This document shows, in pieces, positions 21,887 through 32,940 of a DNA stretch of 64,000 bases. The stretch's first letter is position 1; every line of letters begins with the position of its first letter. This stretch comes from an uncultured Planctomycetaceae bacterium. GTDB lineage: Bacteria; Planctomycetota; Planctomycetia; Pirellulales; PALSA-1355. Location of the stretch: the NCBI GenBank assembly GCA_963785305.1, contig CAWAUV010000008.1, positions 1,485,304 to 1,549,303 on the forward strand, written 5' to 3'. Made by a program: the position numbers and the translations under genes. The notes below the pieces were generated by a model that worked only from the letters and a program-made list of their open reading frames with translations, did not search any database and was not told the origin of the DNA.

Positions 21887-22372
21887 TTAAAACAGCGGCT
21901 TGCGGCCGAGTTCGCGGCGGACGACGGTCCACTGGCCCGAGTGCATCAGCCAGTGCCCGCCGGCCGCGGCCGAGACCGCCGCGCCCACGTTGGGGGCCCA
22001 ATCCAGGCCGCTCGGCTTGTCGAAGTCGGCGTCGGCGAGCGTGGCAAGGTATTCGAGCGTGGCGGCGCGCTGGGTCGTGTGGGCCTTGAGCAGTTCGGCC
22101 TTGGCCAGAAACGACGAGGCATCGTCGCTGCCGGTTTTGTCCATCGCGTATTTTTCCTCGAAGCCGCCGGGCAAAGCCGGCATCTTGCCGCCGGTGACTT
22201 GCGACATGATGCGATGCTCGGCCGAGATCAGGTGCCCAAGCTGCCAATTGACGTGATTGCAGCCCGGCGCCGGCCGATGAAACAACTCCTTGTCCGTGAG
22301 GTCTTCGAGCAGGCCCTTGCAAATCATCGAGGCGGTGTCGATCGAGAGCTTAATGGCTTGATTGGCGTTCAT
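21887..22372 (-). CDS. DinB-family protein
   Basis: MNANQAIK... after a GGAAGG RBS, NHVNWQLGHL, HWLMHSGQW (His metal triad of the DinB fold). Confidence 0.85.
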   Translation of the reverse strand: MNANQAIKLSIDTASMICKGLLEDLTDKELFHRPAPGCNHVNWQLGHLISAEHRIMSQVTGGKMPALPGGFEEKYAMDKTGSDDASSFLAKAELLKAHTTQRAATLEYLATLADADFDKPSGLDWAPNVGAAVSAAAGGHWLMHSGQWTVVRRELGRKPLF

Positions 22373-22751
22373 GGCTGCCTTCCGTTGCGGTGAAAAAAGC
22401 GTTGAATGTTGAATAATGCGAGAAGCATGCGATATGCAAAACGTCCCCCAGCCTATCGCGACGCGGCGTCTTGAGCAAGCCGCCCAGGCGGCGCTGGGCG
22501 CGGTCGGAATAGTCGCTTGCCAGCATGCTCGCTTGGCGGCCTGGCGGCGAAGAACCACTCTGGCTTCCGGCCGATGGTTTTGCTAAAGTTCTCGCCCTTG
22601 CATGTCTTGAGTTCGTCGATTCCCAAAAAAAACCGCCGGGCCGTGAGTTGCTCGCGCCGCGCGGTTCTTGTCCGAGCCCCCCAAGTTCGAATTCATTTCG
22701 GGGCGAGCTGTTTATTCGGGGCGACCCGCGATTCCTGAAGGAGAGAGAGCG

Positions 22752-23900
22752 ATGAAACTCGCGCGAGCCGGTCGGGCGATCGTGTTGACACTCGGACTCG
22801 TGGCCCTGCTCGTGGCCGAAGCGCGCGGCGCCTCGCCGCTCGAAAAAATGCTGTCCAAGCGCGTCGACGCCGATCCGCGCAAGGATTATCCGCTGCTCGA
22901 AACCCATGGGCCCTGGCTGATTCTGGCCACGACCTTCTCCGGCGATGGCGCCAAGGACCAAGCCAAAAAACTAACGCTCGAACTGCGCGAGAAGTATCGT
23001 CTGCCGGCCTATGTCTATCAGAAGCGATTCGACTTTTCGCAAGGCGAGCGCGGGCGCGGCATCGACAAATACGGCGATCCGCTCAAGATGCGCTATCGCC
23101 GCGGCGATGAACTAACCGAGATCGCGGTGCTTGTCGGCGACTTCCGCAGTGTCGACGATCCCGAAGGCCAGCGAACGCTCAAGAAAGTGAAATACCTCAC
23201 GCCCCTGACGCTCGATCCCGAAAAAAACAAGTCCACGAGCCAAACCTTGGCCGGCCTGCGCATGATGCAGCGGGCCGTCATGCCCGACGGCAGCGACCAG
23301 AAGAAACGCGGCCCGATGGGCTCGGCCTTCATGATTACGAATCCGCTGCTGCCGCCCGAGTATTTCGCTCCCAAGGGCATCGACAAACTGGTGCTCGACA
23401 TGAACAAGGGCGTCAAGCACAGCCTGCTCGACTGCAAAGGCAAATACACGGTCAAGGTCGCCACTTTCACCGGCCAAGTGGTGCTCGACCAGAAGAAAAT
23501 CGAACAGATCGAGCACGGCGCGCATTTCAAGAGCCGGCTCGAGGAAGCCGCCGAAAAGGCCAACGCGCTCTGCGAAGCGCTGCGGGCCAAGGGCGTCGAG
23601 GCCTATGAGTTCCACGATCGCGCGGCGAGCATCGTCACCGTGGGGAGTTTCGATTCCGTGGGCACGCCGCGCGGCGATGGCAAGATCGAGATCAATCCGG
23701 CGATGCACGCGATCATTCAAACCTATGGCGCCGAAACGAAGCTCCTGCCAGGCCAAACCACTCCGCAGCTTGGCCGGCCCAAGTCGCTCAAGAACCCCCA
23801 CACGGGGAAGGATATCTCGTTTGATATCTCGCCCACTCCGGTCGAGACCCCGCGCCGCTCGTTTGCCGTCGATTATCAACACACGACCGCTAGCCGGTGA
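22752..23900 (+). CDS. Secreted conserved hypothetical protein with two SPOR-like segments
   Basis: Signal peptide (AxA at AEARGA). The segments GPWLILATTFSG..AKKLTLELREKYRLPAYVY and YTVKVATF..ANALCEALRAKGVEAYEF..IVTVGSFD resemble the SPOR pattern. Confidence 0.6.
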   Translation: MKLARAGRAIVLTLGLVALLVAEARGASPLEKMLSKRVDADPRKDYPLLETHGPWLILATTFSGDGAKDQAKKLTLELREKYRLPAYVYQKRFDFSQGERGRGIDKYGDPLKMRYRRGDELTEIAVLVGDFRSVDDPEGQRTLKKVKYLTPLTLDPEKNKSTSQTLAGLRMMQRAVMPDGSDQKKRGPMGSAFMITNPLLPPEYFAPKGIDKLVLDMNKGVKHSLLDCKGKYTVKVATFTGQVVLDQKKIEQIEHGAHFKSRLEEAAEKANALCEALRAKGVEAYEFHDRAASIVTVGSFDSVGTPRGDGKIEINPAMHAIIQTYGAETKLLPGQTTPQLGRPKSLKNPHTGKDISFDISPTPVETPRRSFAVDYQHTTASR

Positions 23901-23949
23901 CGCCGCGCCGCGAGGCCGCGCGTTCCTGCGATGCCCTCGCCGAGCGGCG

Positions 23950-25406
23950 TCACACCGCGCCGGCCGCGGGCACGATATAGGGCGCCCGGTATTCGCGCGT
24001 GAGCATTGCGTTGGCGGCGTCGTCGCCGGCAAACGATTCCGAGCCCACGTCGACCGTGAGGAGTTGGCCGAATTGCACCGGCAGCTTGTCGAGCTCGAGC
24101 TGATTGGCCTTCAAGTGCTCGCCCATGCGGGTGAAGGTGTCGAGCGCGTTGTCGTGGGTCTTGATTTCCTTGGCGCGGTCGCCGGCGTCGGCCATGGTGG
24201 TCGAGCTACCGAGCCGGTAGGAGATATTGCCCAGGTGACACAAGGCGCTCGAGAGGTGGCCTTCGAGAATGTCGGCGTTTAGGTCGCCCACCTTGCGGCT
24301 CCGCGCGGCGGAGACGAAATTGCCGAAATGATCGCCGCCGCCGGCGAACTTGCGCACGAGAGCGCCGCCCTTGTCGAAGGCCGAGCCGGATTCGTAGCTG
24401 CCCATCACAACATAGCCATCGGACCCTTCGAAGATCACGCCGCTCATCGAGCCCTTGTAGGGCGGAGTTTCGAGCCCGCGCACCTCGAAGATCAACGACT
24501 TGTCGCCGAACTCATGCGACACGACTTGCGTGTTGGCGGTCTCGCCCGCGTCGGTATAGCCCCAGCGACCGCCGTAGGAGATGACGCTGCTCGAGAGCGT
24601 GTTGACGCCCAAGCCCCAGCGGGCGATGTCCATTTGGTGGATGCCCTGGTTGCCCAGATCGCCATTGCCCCAGAGCCATTGCCAGTGCCAATCGTAGTGG
24701 AACTTCGGCCGGGTAATCTCGACCAGCGGCGCTGGGCCGCCCCAGAGATCGTAGCTTACATCCGACGGAACCGCGTACACGCCCCGTTCGCCGATCGACT
24801 TCCGCCGCTTGTAGCAGGTGCCCCGGGCCACTTTCACTTCGCCGATCTTGCCGGAGTGAATATAGTCGATCGCCTCACGCATGCCCTTGGTGCTGCGCGA
24901 TTGCGTGCCGGTTTGGCAGATCTTGTTGTACTTTCGTGCCGCTTCGACGATCCGTCGCCCCTCGCTCACATTGTGGCTCACCGGCTTCTCGACATACACA
25001 TCCTTGCCGGCCTGCATCGCCCAGATCGCGGCCAGCGCGTGCCAATGGTTCGGAGTGGCAATGCTCACGAAGTCGACTGATTTATCGTCGAGCGCTTGCG
25101 CAGATCTTGCACGAACTCGGGCGCCCGGCCCTGCTTCTTGGCCACTTCTTGAGTCCGCTTGCCGCCGACAGCGCTATCGGGATCGACGATATAGCGAATC
25201 TCGACATCCTTGCGACCGGTCCAGGCGTGAATATGTTCGTTGCCGCGACCATTGACGCCGATCACGGCGACGCCCAGTTTCTCCGTCGGGCTCTTGCTTT
25301 GCACCTCGCCAGAGCTGCTCTCGGCGGCTAGCGACAGGCGGTTCGTGGCGGCGGCGGCGGCCGTGGCGGCCAACATTTCTTGCAAGAACTGGCGGCGGGA
25401 GCGCAT
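23950..25406 (-). CDS. Tat-exported Gfo/Idh/MocA oxidoreductase; frameshift near 25090
   Basis: SRRQFLQ twin-arginine leader, VAVIGVNGRG Rossmann motif, IATPNHWH, VYVEKP, GDLGNQGIHQMD. Confidence 0.9.
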
Positions 25407-25579
25407 GGCGAGGGTGTCCTTGGGCGAACGGAAGGGCGGAAGAAAACAAGAACTCTTTCAGAATAGCGGAAAAAAAACGGCAATCCAGAGCCGACGGACC
25501 AAAAAATCGGCTTTTACGCTTCTCGAACGCAAAACTCGTGGAAACGCATCGCCGCCAGGCGGATCAGAGGAATCCCGCG

Positions 25580-25611
25580 CTCACCCTACCCTCTCCCGTA
25601 AGGGGAGAGGG
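25580..25611. repeat. REP/BoxC-like purine-pyrimidine palindrome
   Basis: CTCACCCTACCCTCTCCCGTAAGGGGAGAGGG: CCCTCTCCC/GGGAGAGGG stem in an intergenic region. Confidence 0.65.
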
Positions 25612-25730
25612 GGGAGTTGTCGGATAGGCCCTAAGTCGTCGCTCTTTATTGCAGGCCCAGGGGATTGCAAGCCCAGGGGTTCCGGCGCTCCATTGGTGGC
25701 CCAAACCAAGAATCATGCGTTGACCACGCG

Positions 25731-27103
25731 CTAGCGGCATTTTTCGGCGAAGGCGGCTCGCAAACCGGCGAGCGCGGCTTGGCCCTGGCGCCCATCGACC
25801 ACGAGATTCAGCCGCACTTCGCTCGTGTTGATCATCTCGATATTGATGCCCGCCGTGGCCAGGGCGCGAAACGCTCCGATCGCCACCCCCGCGTGGCTGC
25901 GCATGCCGATGCCCACGATGCTCAGCCGCGCCACCCGCTCGCTGCTCGTGACCGGCCCGCATTGCATGCGCTTGGCGAGCGACGACACAAGCTTGACGCT
26001 CTCGGCGTACTGCGCCGCGGGCACGGTGAAGCTGATATTGGCGGTTTCGTCGCCGCCGAAGCTTTGCACGATCATGTCGACGAACAGTCCGGCCGCGGCG
26101 ACCTCCTCGAAAATCGTGGCGGCCACGCCCGGTTGGTTCCTCACGCCCGAGACCGTGAGCCGCGACTGGGATTCGTCGAGCGAGATTTCATCGATCGTGA
26201 GCTCTTCCATTTTCTGGAGTCGCGAGACCACGGCGAGCGCGTCGTTCGACTTACGACGGGCGGCGGTCGAGAGATCGTAGCCCTCGGCGCCGGGCGGTTC
26301 CTGCTCGAGGCCGAAGGCCTGATGCACGGTGCGCAGCGCCGCGGTCGCTTGATGCCGATCGACCAGGGCCGAGATTTTGATTTCGCTGGTGCTGATCGTG
26401 TGGATATTGACGCCGGCCGTGGCCAGGGCGCGAAACATTTTTTGCGCCACGCCGGTCTGCCGCGCCATGCCCAGCCCCACGACCGAGACCTTGGCCACAT
26501 CGTCGCTGTGTTGCACGCTTCGGGCGCCCAGCTCGCGCGCGGCGCGTTCCGCCGCCAGCAGCGTGGTCTTGAGATCGTCGCGCACCACGGTGAAGGCGAT
26601 GTCGGCAATGCCGTCGGCGCCCACGTTTTGCACGATCATGTCCACCGTGACATTGGCCGCCGCGATCTTCGAGAAAATCGCCAAACACGCGCCCGGCTTG
26701 TCGGGCACTCCCAACACCGAGACCCGCGCTTCGTCCTTGGCCAGCGCCGCGCCGGCCACGGCCACGTCGGGCGCCTCGGGATCGCGCGTGATCATGGTCC
26801 CGGTCACATCGCTGAAACTGCTCCGCACATGGATCGGCACGCTGAACCGCTTGGCGAATTCGATCGAGCGATTGTGCATCACCCCCGCTCCCAGGCTGGC
26901 CAGCTCGAGCATCTCGTCGTAACTCACCGAGCGCATCCGCCGGGCCTCGGGCAGCAGCCGCGGGTCGGTCGTGTACACGCCGTCGACATCGGTATAGATT
27001 TCGCAGGCATCGGCCGCCAGCACCGCGGCCAGGGCCACGGCGGTGGTGTCGCTGCCGCCGCGGCCGAGGGTCGTGATATTGAAGTCTTCGTCGATGCCTT
27101 GAA
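25731..27103 (-). CDS. lysC: Aspartate kinase (long, four-ACT type), 5' part missing at the junction
   Basis: [41 protein letters not shown], and repeated ACT units ending ISTSEIKIS and INTSEVRLN. The N-terminal KFGG region is absent. Confidence 0.9.
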
Positions 27104-27106
27104 GCG
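27100..27106. other. Probable chimeric assembly/read junction between planctomycete and alphaproteobacterial DNA
   Basis: The ClC reading LHPLAPLTL runs in frame into aspartate kinase QGIDEDF. Both genes are truncated, and the taxonomic character of the genes switches on either side. Confidence 0.8.
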
Positions 27107-28072
27107 TCAGCGGCGCCAGCGGATGCAGGAACAGGAGCTGGGCGACTGCCTGGCCGTTGCCGAGAAGCTCCGGAAAAACGATCGAAAGGAGCCCAATGAC
27201 GAGGAGGACGAGCGGCGGGGCGATGAATCGGCGCCAGCCCGAGGGCGAGCGCGATAGGCCCAGGCAATCGCGCGGACGAAGACCACCGACCACAAGCCGA
27301 CGAACGGCGACGCGATGATGGCCCAGAGATACACGTCGGGGGAGATCGGGTAGAGCGGAACGTTGTAGAGCGGCGCGTTGGGCACGACGAAGCTTGCCGT
27401 CTTCGTGGCGATCAGCGCGGCGGCGAGCGCGGGGAGGACCAGTCGCAGCGCCAACGCTCCCGCGCAGCACTTCAAGCGCGAACAGGGCGCCGCCGAGCGG
27501 CACGCTATAGACCGCGGCCATGCCGGCGCCGGCGCCGATCGCAACCACGAGGCGACGCTGTTCGTCCGACAGCTTTTGAAGGCTCGAGAACAGATTGCCG
27601 AACACCGCCCCGAACTGCTTCGGGCCGCCTTCGCGGCCGAGCGGCGCCCCCATGCCGACGATGACAATCGACAGCACCGCGCTGCCCAGCGTTCTCCAGG
27701 GCGGCATGCGCCCGGCCTGAAACCAGATCGCCGCGGTGACGTCGATGCTGTTGCCGCTGGTAAGGCGGGTAAGCAGCCATTGGCTCACGCTGGTCCGAAG
27801 CCCGGCGCCGACCAGCAGACCGACGGTGGCGCTGGGGACTCGCCTGTCGCGCCGCCTCGAGCAGGTCTGAAGGCTCGCTCGCGCCCCAGGCGAGCTCCTG
27901 AGCCGCGTCGAACAAGAGCGTCAGGAGGGCGGCGCCGAGGCCGGCGCATGAGCCCGGTGAGAACGACGGCGATCCAGAAGCGGATCGCGCCAGGATCGCG
28001 CAACGTCGCGGGAACTTTCGCGCCGGCGGCGAGCTGGGCGCCGGCGGGGGCGGACTTTGATCCCGTTTCCAA
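27104..28072 (-). CDS. ClC-family chloride channel/antiporter, 3'-truncated at the junction, frameshifted
   Basis: [39 protein letters not shown], with multiple TM helices spread over several frames. Confidence 0.85.
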
Positions 28073-28239
28073 TGCCGCCTCCGCCTGCAGCGCGCCAATT
28101 CCGGACGCGCGCCCGACAAGCGCCTAGCGCGTAGGGCCGCGATTCGCAAAGGTCATTCGCGTCAACTTGCGCCCCTTCAAGCCTTCCTTTAAGCGCGAGC
28201 TCCATGAATCGCCTCGAACTCGGGCCTGGGCGGGCGCCT

Positions 28240-28761
28240 GTGAGCGAGGCGCCGAAGCCTGTCGCCATCATCATGGGCAGCCAGTCCGATTGGGCGGTCA
28301 TGCGCCGCGCCGCCGAGACGCTGGAGGCGCTCGGCGTCGGCTATGACGCCCGGATCGTCTCCGCCCATCGCACCCCCGACCGGCTGGTCGCCTTCGCCAA
28401 GGGCGCGAAGGCCGCAGGCTTCAAGGTCGTCATCGCCGGCGCGGGCGGCGCCGCGCATTTGCCGGGCATGACCGCGGCCATGACCCCGCTTCCGGTGTTC
28501 GGCGTGCCGGTCCCCTCGAAGGCGCTGTCGGGTCAGGACAGCCTCTTGTCGATCGTCCAGATGCCGGCCGGCGTTCCGGTTGGAACGCTGGCGATCGGCG
28601 AAGCCGGCGCGGTCAACGCCGCGCTGCTCGCCTGCGCCGTGCTGGCGCTGAGCGACGAAGCGCTTGCGGCCCGGCTCGAGGCCTGGCGGGCGCAAGCGCA
28701 CGGCCGAGGTCGCGGAGCGCCCGGACGATGACGGCGCAAAGTCGAGACCGCCGGGCGATGA
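28240..28761 (+). CDS. purE: N5-carboxyaminoimidazole ribonucleotide mutase; 3' frameshift
   Basis: [48 protein letters not shown]. Confidence 0.95.
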
Positions 28762-29856
28762 TTTTAAGCCCCGGCGCGACGATCGGCATTCTCGGCGCGG
28801 GCCAGCTCGGGCGAATGCTCGCCATCGCGGCGCTCAAGATCGGGCTTGCGCACTGCACATCTTCGCTCCCGAAGGCGACAGCGCCGGCCTATGACGCAGC
28901 GGCGGCGCGGACCATCGCCGCCTTCGACGACGAGGCGGCGCTCGCCCGCTTCGCTCAAAGCGTCGACGTCGTCACCTTCGAGTGGGAGAACGTGCCGACA
29001 TCGACGGTCGAATTTCTCGCGGAGCGCGTGGCCGGTCCGTCCGGGCGCCCGCGCTCTCGCGCTCACTCAGGACCGGCTGACGGAGAAAACGTTCCTGCGC
29101 GATCTCGGCCACAAGGTCGCGCCCTTTGTCAGCGTCGAGGATGCGGGCGCGCTGGTGCGCGCGGTCGCCGAACTCGGGCGTCCCTCGATCCTCAAGACCC
29201 GGCGGCTCGGTTATGACGGCAAGGGCCAGTCCTTGATCCGCGAAGGCTCCAACGTCGCCGCGGTTCACCGCACGCTGGGCTCGGCGCCGATGATCCTCGA
29301 AGGCTTCGTCGCTTTCGAGCGCGAAGTGTCGGTGATCGCGGCGCGCAGCCTCGAAGGCGAGATCGTGGCTTTCGACCTCTGCGAGAACGAGCACGAGCGC
29401 CACATCCTGGCTCGCACCCGGGCGCCCGCGCGCGTCAGCGCTGAGACGGCGGCGGAGGCCAAGCGCATCGCCGCCTCCGTGCTCGAGGCGCTCGACTATG
29501 TCGGCGTGCTGGCGGTCGAGATGTTCGTCACCCGCGATCACCACGGGCATGAAGCGCTCGTGGTCAATGAGATCGCGCCGCGCGTCCACAATTCCGGCCA
29601 TTGGACGCTCGAGGGCGCGCAGACCTCGCAGTTCGAGCAGCACATCCGCGCCATCGCCGGCTGGCCGCTCGGCGCGACGACGCGTCGCGGCCGGATCGAA
29701 ATGCACAATCTGATCGGCGAGGACGCTGAGGACTGGCGCGACATTCTCGCTCAGCCGGATCTCGCTCTGCATCTTTATGGCAAGCTCGAGATCCGCCCGG
29801 GCCGCAAGATGGGTCACGTCACGCGCGTCTTCCCCGAGATGCCGAACCACAACTGA
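28758..29856 (+). CDS. purK: 5-(carboxyamino)imidazole ribonucleotide synthase; frameshifted
   Basis: IGILGAGQLGRML, VTFEWENVP, KTRRLGYDGKGQ, NEIAPRVHNSGH, RPGRKMGH; directly follows purE. Confidence 0.95.
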
Positions 29857-29863
29857 ACGCGCC

Positions 29864-29893
29864 TTGACAGGCTCGTCCGCCCCTCCTTATAGG
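29864..29893 (+). promoter_or_regulatory. Sigma70-type promoter for tRNA-Met
   Basis: TTGACA (29864-29869), 17-18 bp spacer, TTATAG/TATAGG, then a GC-rich discriminator. Confidence 0.65.
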
Positions 29894-29933
29894 GGCGGCT
29901 CGCCGGCGCCGGGCTTTTCAGGCGTCGCGTTGC

Positions 29934-30010
29934 GGCGGGATAGCTCAGCTGGTTAGAGCGGCGGAATCATAATCCGTAGGTCCCCAGTTCAAGTCTGGGT
30001 CCCGCTACCA
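29934..30010 (+). tRNA. tRNA-Met (CAT), probably elongator
   Basis: Acceptor stem GGCGGGA/TCCCGCT, D-arm TAGCTCAGCTGGTTAGAGC, anticodon stem GCGGA-ATCATAA-TCCGT, T-loop GTTCAAG, encoded CCA. Confidence 0.95.
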
Positions 30011-30185
30011 AATCTTCCAGAAAACCAAATACTTGCGGGATAGAGCGGACGGCGATCTTCACCGCCGCGTTTCGTGCCGGCAGTATGTCAGCAATGCTTA
30101 CAGCAGAATATTCCCGTGCGGACGGGAAAAAAGCGGATTTCCTCCCCCCGCTCGACGGTTGAGCGTCGCGCCTAGCCACATTCCG

Positions 30186-30401
30186 CTAGTCGTTGCCGCC
30201 ATGTCCGCCATGTTGACTCGACGGGCTTATAGTACTTGAGACGGCAGCGAAGACTGCCTTAAGTTTGGATCCCGTGGCCGTTACACCAACAACGATGCTG
30301 AGCGCGATCAGCGCGGCCACAAGCGCATATTCAATCGCCGTAACTCCCGCTTCGGAATCGTCCGAAAACCAGGAAGCAACGGTCTTAACGAGACTGCGCA
30401 T
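30186..30401 (-). CDS. Flp/Fap type IVb pilin
   Basis: Prepilin motif AG|VTAIEYALVAALIALSIVVGV; 71 aa. Confidence 0.9.
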   Translation of the reverse strand: MRSLVKTVASWFSDDSEAGVTAIEYALVAALIALSIVVGVTATGSKLKAVFAAVSSTISPSSQHGGHGGND

Positions 30402-30844
30402 CCGGTGTTGATTACTCCATAATGCGCATCTCGATTTGACCCATATCAAGCCGGTCCCGCATTTCGCTGATTTTTTGCTGACGCGCGATGGCTGAGATAT
30501 GGCAACCCAAGTCGCGGCGCGCCATCCCCGCCATCTTCCGCAAAGAGGGGGACTCAATTCAAGTTCGGCCGATTCGCCTCCGCCGTCGCCTCCTAGGCGC
30601 TTTTCGCGGCGGCGGTTGCGCGATCAACAATGGAACGATCGGCAACGCGGGTGCGGAAATCGAGCCCGAGCTTGGGGCGCGATCGAGGTGATCGAGCGCC
30701 TTTTCGAATTCGGTAATCGCTTCACGTCGTCAGGGTGGCGGGTGCGACCATAGCGCGCGCGAAGGTTCGCGTGCTCGGTCGCCGTCATTTCGCTCAACAT
30801 CGGAGTCGCGCCCAGGACGGCCGCGAGGACGGCAGCCAGCCCGC

Positions 30845-31858
30845 CTATCGGTTGCGGCTCGTCCTTGGCGGCTCGGGCGCGAAACTGAGCCGGCCTTTGG
30901 CGGTAAGCCGCACGACTACGCCCCCAACGTTGGCGCCATGCGCTCGCCGCTCTTTGAGGGCGTCACCGAGAGCCGCCGCCAGCGTTTCGATCTTCTCAAG
31001 CCCGATGCGCGTCGCATCTCGGCCGCCCGCCTCGGCGATACGCCGCGCCAAAATCCGGTGAGCAATCGCGATCGGCGCTGCAAACAGCGCGCGCGCGTCG
31101 ATCGTGCCCTCCGAACCGACCTGCGTCTCGACCTCGGCCGTCAGATGCGCCAGCGCCTCCTCCGTCTCTCGCGCGCGGCGCGCCAAGCGATCGAGCGCCT
31201 CGGCGTCGAGGCCTTCCTCGTCGAGCCGGGCAAGAAGCGCCCGCAGGCGGGTGCGCGCGAAGCGCGGGTCGACATTGGAGGGGTCATCGATGAACGGCGC
31301 GCCGCGCGCCTTGGCGAAAGCGATGAGATCGCGCTTCTTGAAGCCCGATAGCGGCCGGGCGATCGTCATGCCGTCGCGCGCGGTCATGAGGTCCATGCCG
31401 CGCAGTCCCGCGAGGCCGGATCCGCGCAACAGGCGAAAGAGCACAGTCTCCGCCTGATCGTCGGCATGATGAGCGGTCATGACCGCGTCGGCGCCGATGC
31501 GCCTTTGCGTGATCGATGAGCAAGCGGTAGCGCGCCTCGCGCGCCCGCTCCTGCAGGCGGCTCGTCGGCTTGACGCCTTTCCATTGAGAACGCGATGGCC
31601 GACCCCCAGCCGGGCGCAGAGCGCGGCGACGGCTTTGGCCTCGTCGGCGCTTTCCGGTCGAAGCCCGTGATCGACCGTCGCCGCCTCGATCCGCGTCTTG
31701 CCGCGCCGTTTCGCCCATTCCGCCGCCATCAAGAGCAGCGCCGTCGAATCGGGGCCGCCGGAGACCGCGATCAGAAGGGCCTTGGCGCGAACAAACGGGG
31801 CGAACAGCGCGTCGATGTCGGCCGACGAAAGAGCGTGCGAGCGCCGGGCGCTCAACAA
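30845..31858 (-). CDS. tilS: tRNA(Ile)-lysidine synthetase; local frameshifts
   Basis: AVSGGPDSTALL, VDHGLRPES, TAHHADDQAETVLFRLLRGSG, DDPSN..RFARTRLR. Confidence 0.95.
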   Translation of the reverse strand: MLSARRSHALSSADIDALFAPFVRAKALLIAVSGGPDSTALLLMAAEWAKRRGKTRIEAATVDHGLRPESADEAKAVAALCARLGVGHRVLNGKASSRRAACRSGRARRATACSSITQRRIGADAVMTAHHADDQAETVLFRLLRGSGLAGLRGMDLMTARDGMTIARPLSGFKKRDLIAFAKARGAPFIDDPSNVDPRFARTRLRALLARLDEEGLDAEALDRLARRARETEEALAHLTAEVETQVGSEGTIDARALFAAPIAIAHRILARRIAEAGGRDATRIGLEKIETLAAALGDALKERRAHGANVGGVVVRLTAKGRLSFAPEPPRTSRNR

Positions 31859-32840
31859 TGATCCTTGGCGCTCTCATGCTCGGCGAGCTTCTTCACCGAG
31901 GCCGACGCGGCCGGATAGCGCTTGCCGAATTCGGTCAAGCGTCGCGCAGGCCTGCTCGGAATTGCCGAGCGCGGCGAGCGACTGCCCGAGCCGCACCATG
32001 CTCTCCGGCGCCCGCGAGGATTTGGAATAATCGGTCGTGACCTTGAGAAATTGTTCGGCGGCCTCGCGGGGGCGCGAGCGCTGAAGATAAGTCTCGCCGA
32101 TATAGAAGACCGCGTCCGGAGTTAAGCGATGCGCCGGGTTGGCGGCGAGGAACGCCTTAAACCCGGTCTCCGCCTCCGGATATTGTCCCGCCTGAAAGGC
32201 CTGCAGCGCGGCATTGAACTGCTCATGCGGCTGGTCGAGCATCGCGACCCCGTCCCGACAATCGTCGGTCCGCTCGCGGGCGGGGGCCGGGGCGATCGGC
32301 GCTTTCCCGAGTTCGAGAGGCGCGCCGGGGGCCGGCTGCTCGCGCGCCATCGGCGCAGAGGATTCGCGTACGAGCGGCGCGCTCGGCGGCGTCGTTCCTA
32401 GCGGGCGCGGCGCGCCGGGCGCGTTCGGATCCGCGTTGGGGTCGAACGCGTCCGACCTTCGAGGTCTTGGAGCGACGGCCGGCTGGTCGGGGGCCAAGGG
32501 CGCTTCGGCGACGTCCGACTCCGGCGGCGCGCCGCCGGAGCGATCGCCAAACCGGAATTCGACGTCCTGGCGGAACTTCTGCAGTTGCGCTTCGAGCCGA
32601 TGTTGCGCGTTCTGCAACTCCTCGATTCGCCCGTAGGCCTGGCGAAGTTCTTCCTCGAGCCGATTGATGCGCACGACGAGGGCGGCGGCGTCGTTCGGAT
32701 CGCCCGGCGCGCCGCCGGGGATGTCGGCCGGCGGCGGCGGCTTGGCGGTGGAAGATATCGAACTGTGCTTGCGCCGGCGCCGCGAGCGTGAAGCAGGCGA
32801 CGAACACAGCGACGAGGCTAGGGCGAAACAACGACGTCAC
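31852..32840 (-). CDS. cpoB: Tol-Pal system protein YbgF/CpoB; frameshifted
   Basis: Signal peptide, coiled coil RINRLEEELRQAYGRIEELQ, TPRs (AETGFKAFL, APESMVRLGQSLAALG..ACATL); lies between pal and tilS. Confidence 0.9.
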
Positions 32841-32940
32841 TGGAGGATCCTGATTGCCTTCTTGCCTGGTCCATACGCTCGGCGTCTGTCGATTTTAAGT
32901 CGCAGTGCGCTTCGGCGCGCCGCGGCCTACAACAAGGTCC

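Noticed and set aside
25655..25680. Imperfect palindrome CCCAGGGGATTGCAAGCCCAGGGG
   Set aside because: Single copy with several mismatches; not enough to call a REP or terminator.
25731..27788. 685-aa ORF as a genuine chloride-channel/aspartate-kinase fusion protein
   Set aside because: Both halves are truncated mid-domain and come from different phyla; best explained as a chimeric join.
29934..30845. Prophage or ICE integrated at tRNA-Met
   Set aside because: No integrase and no duplicated tRNA 3' end was seen in the window; at most a small remnant.
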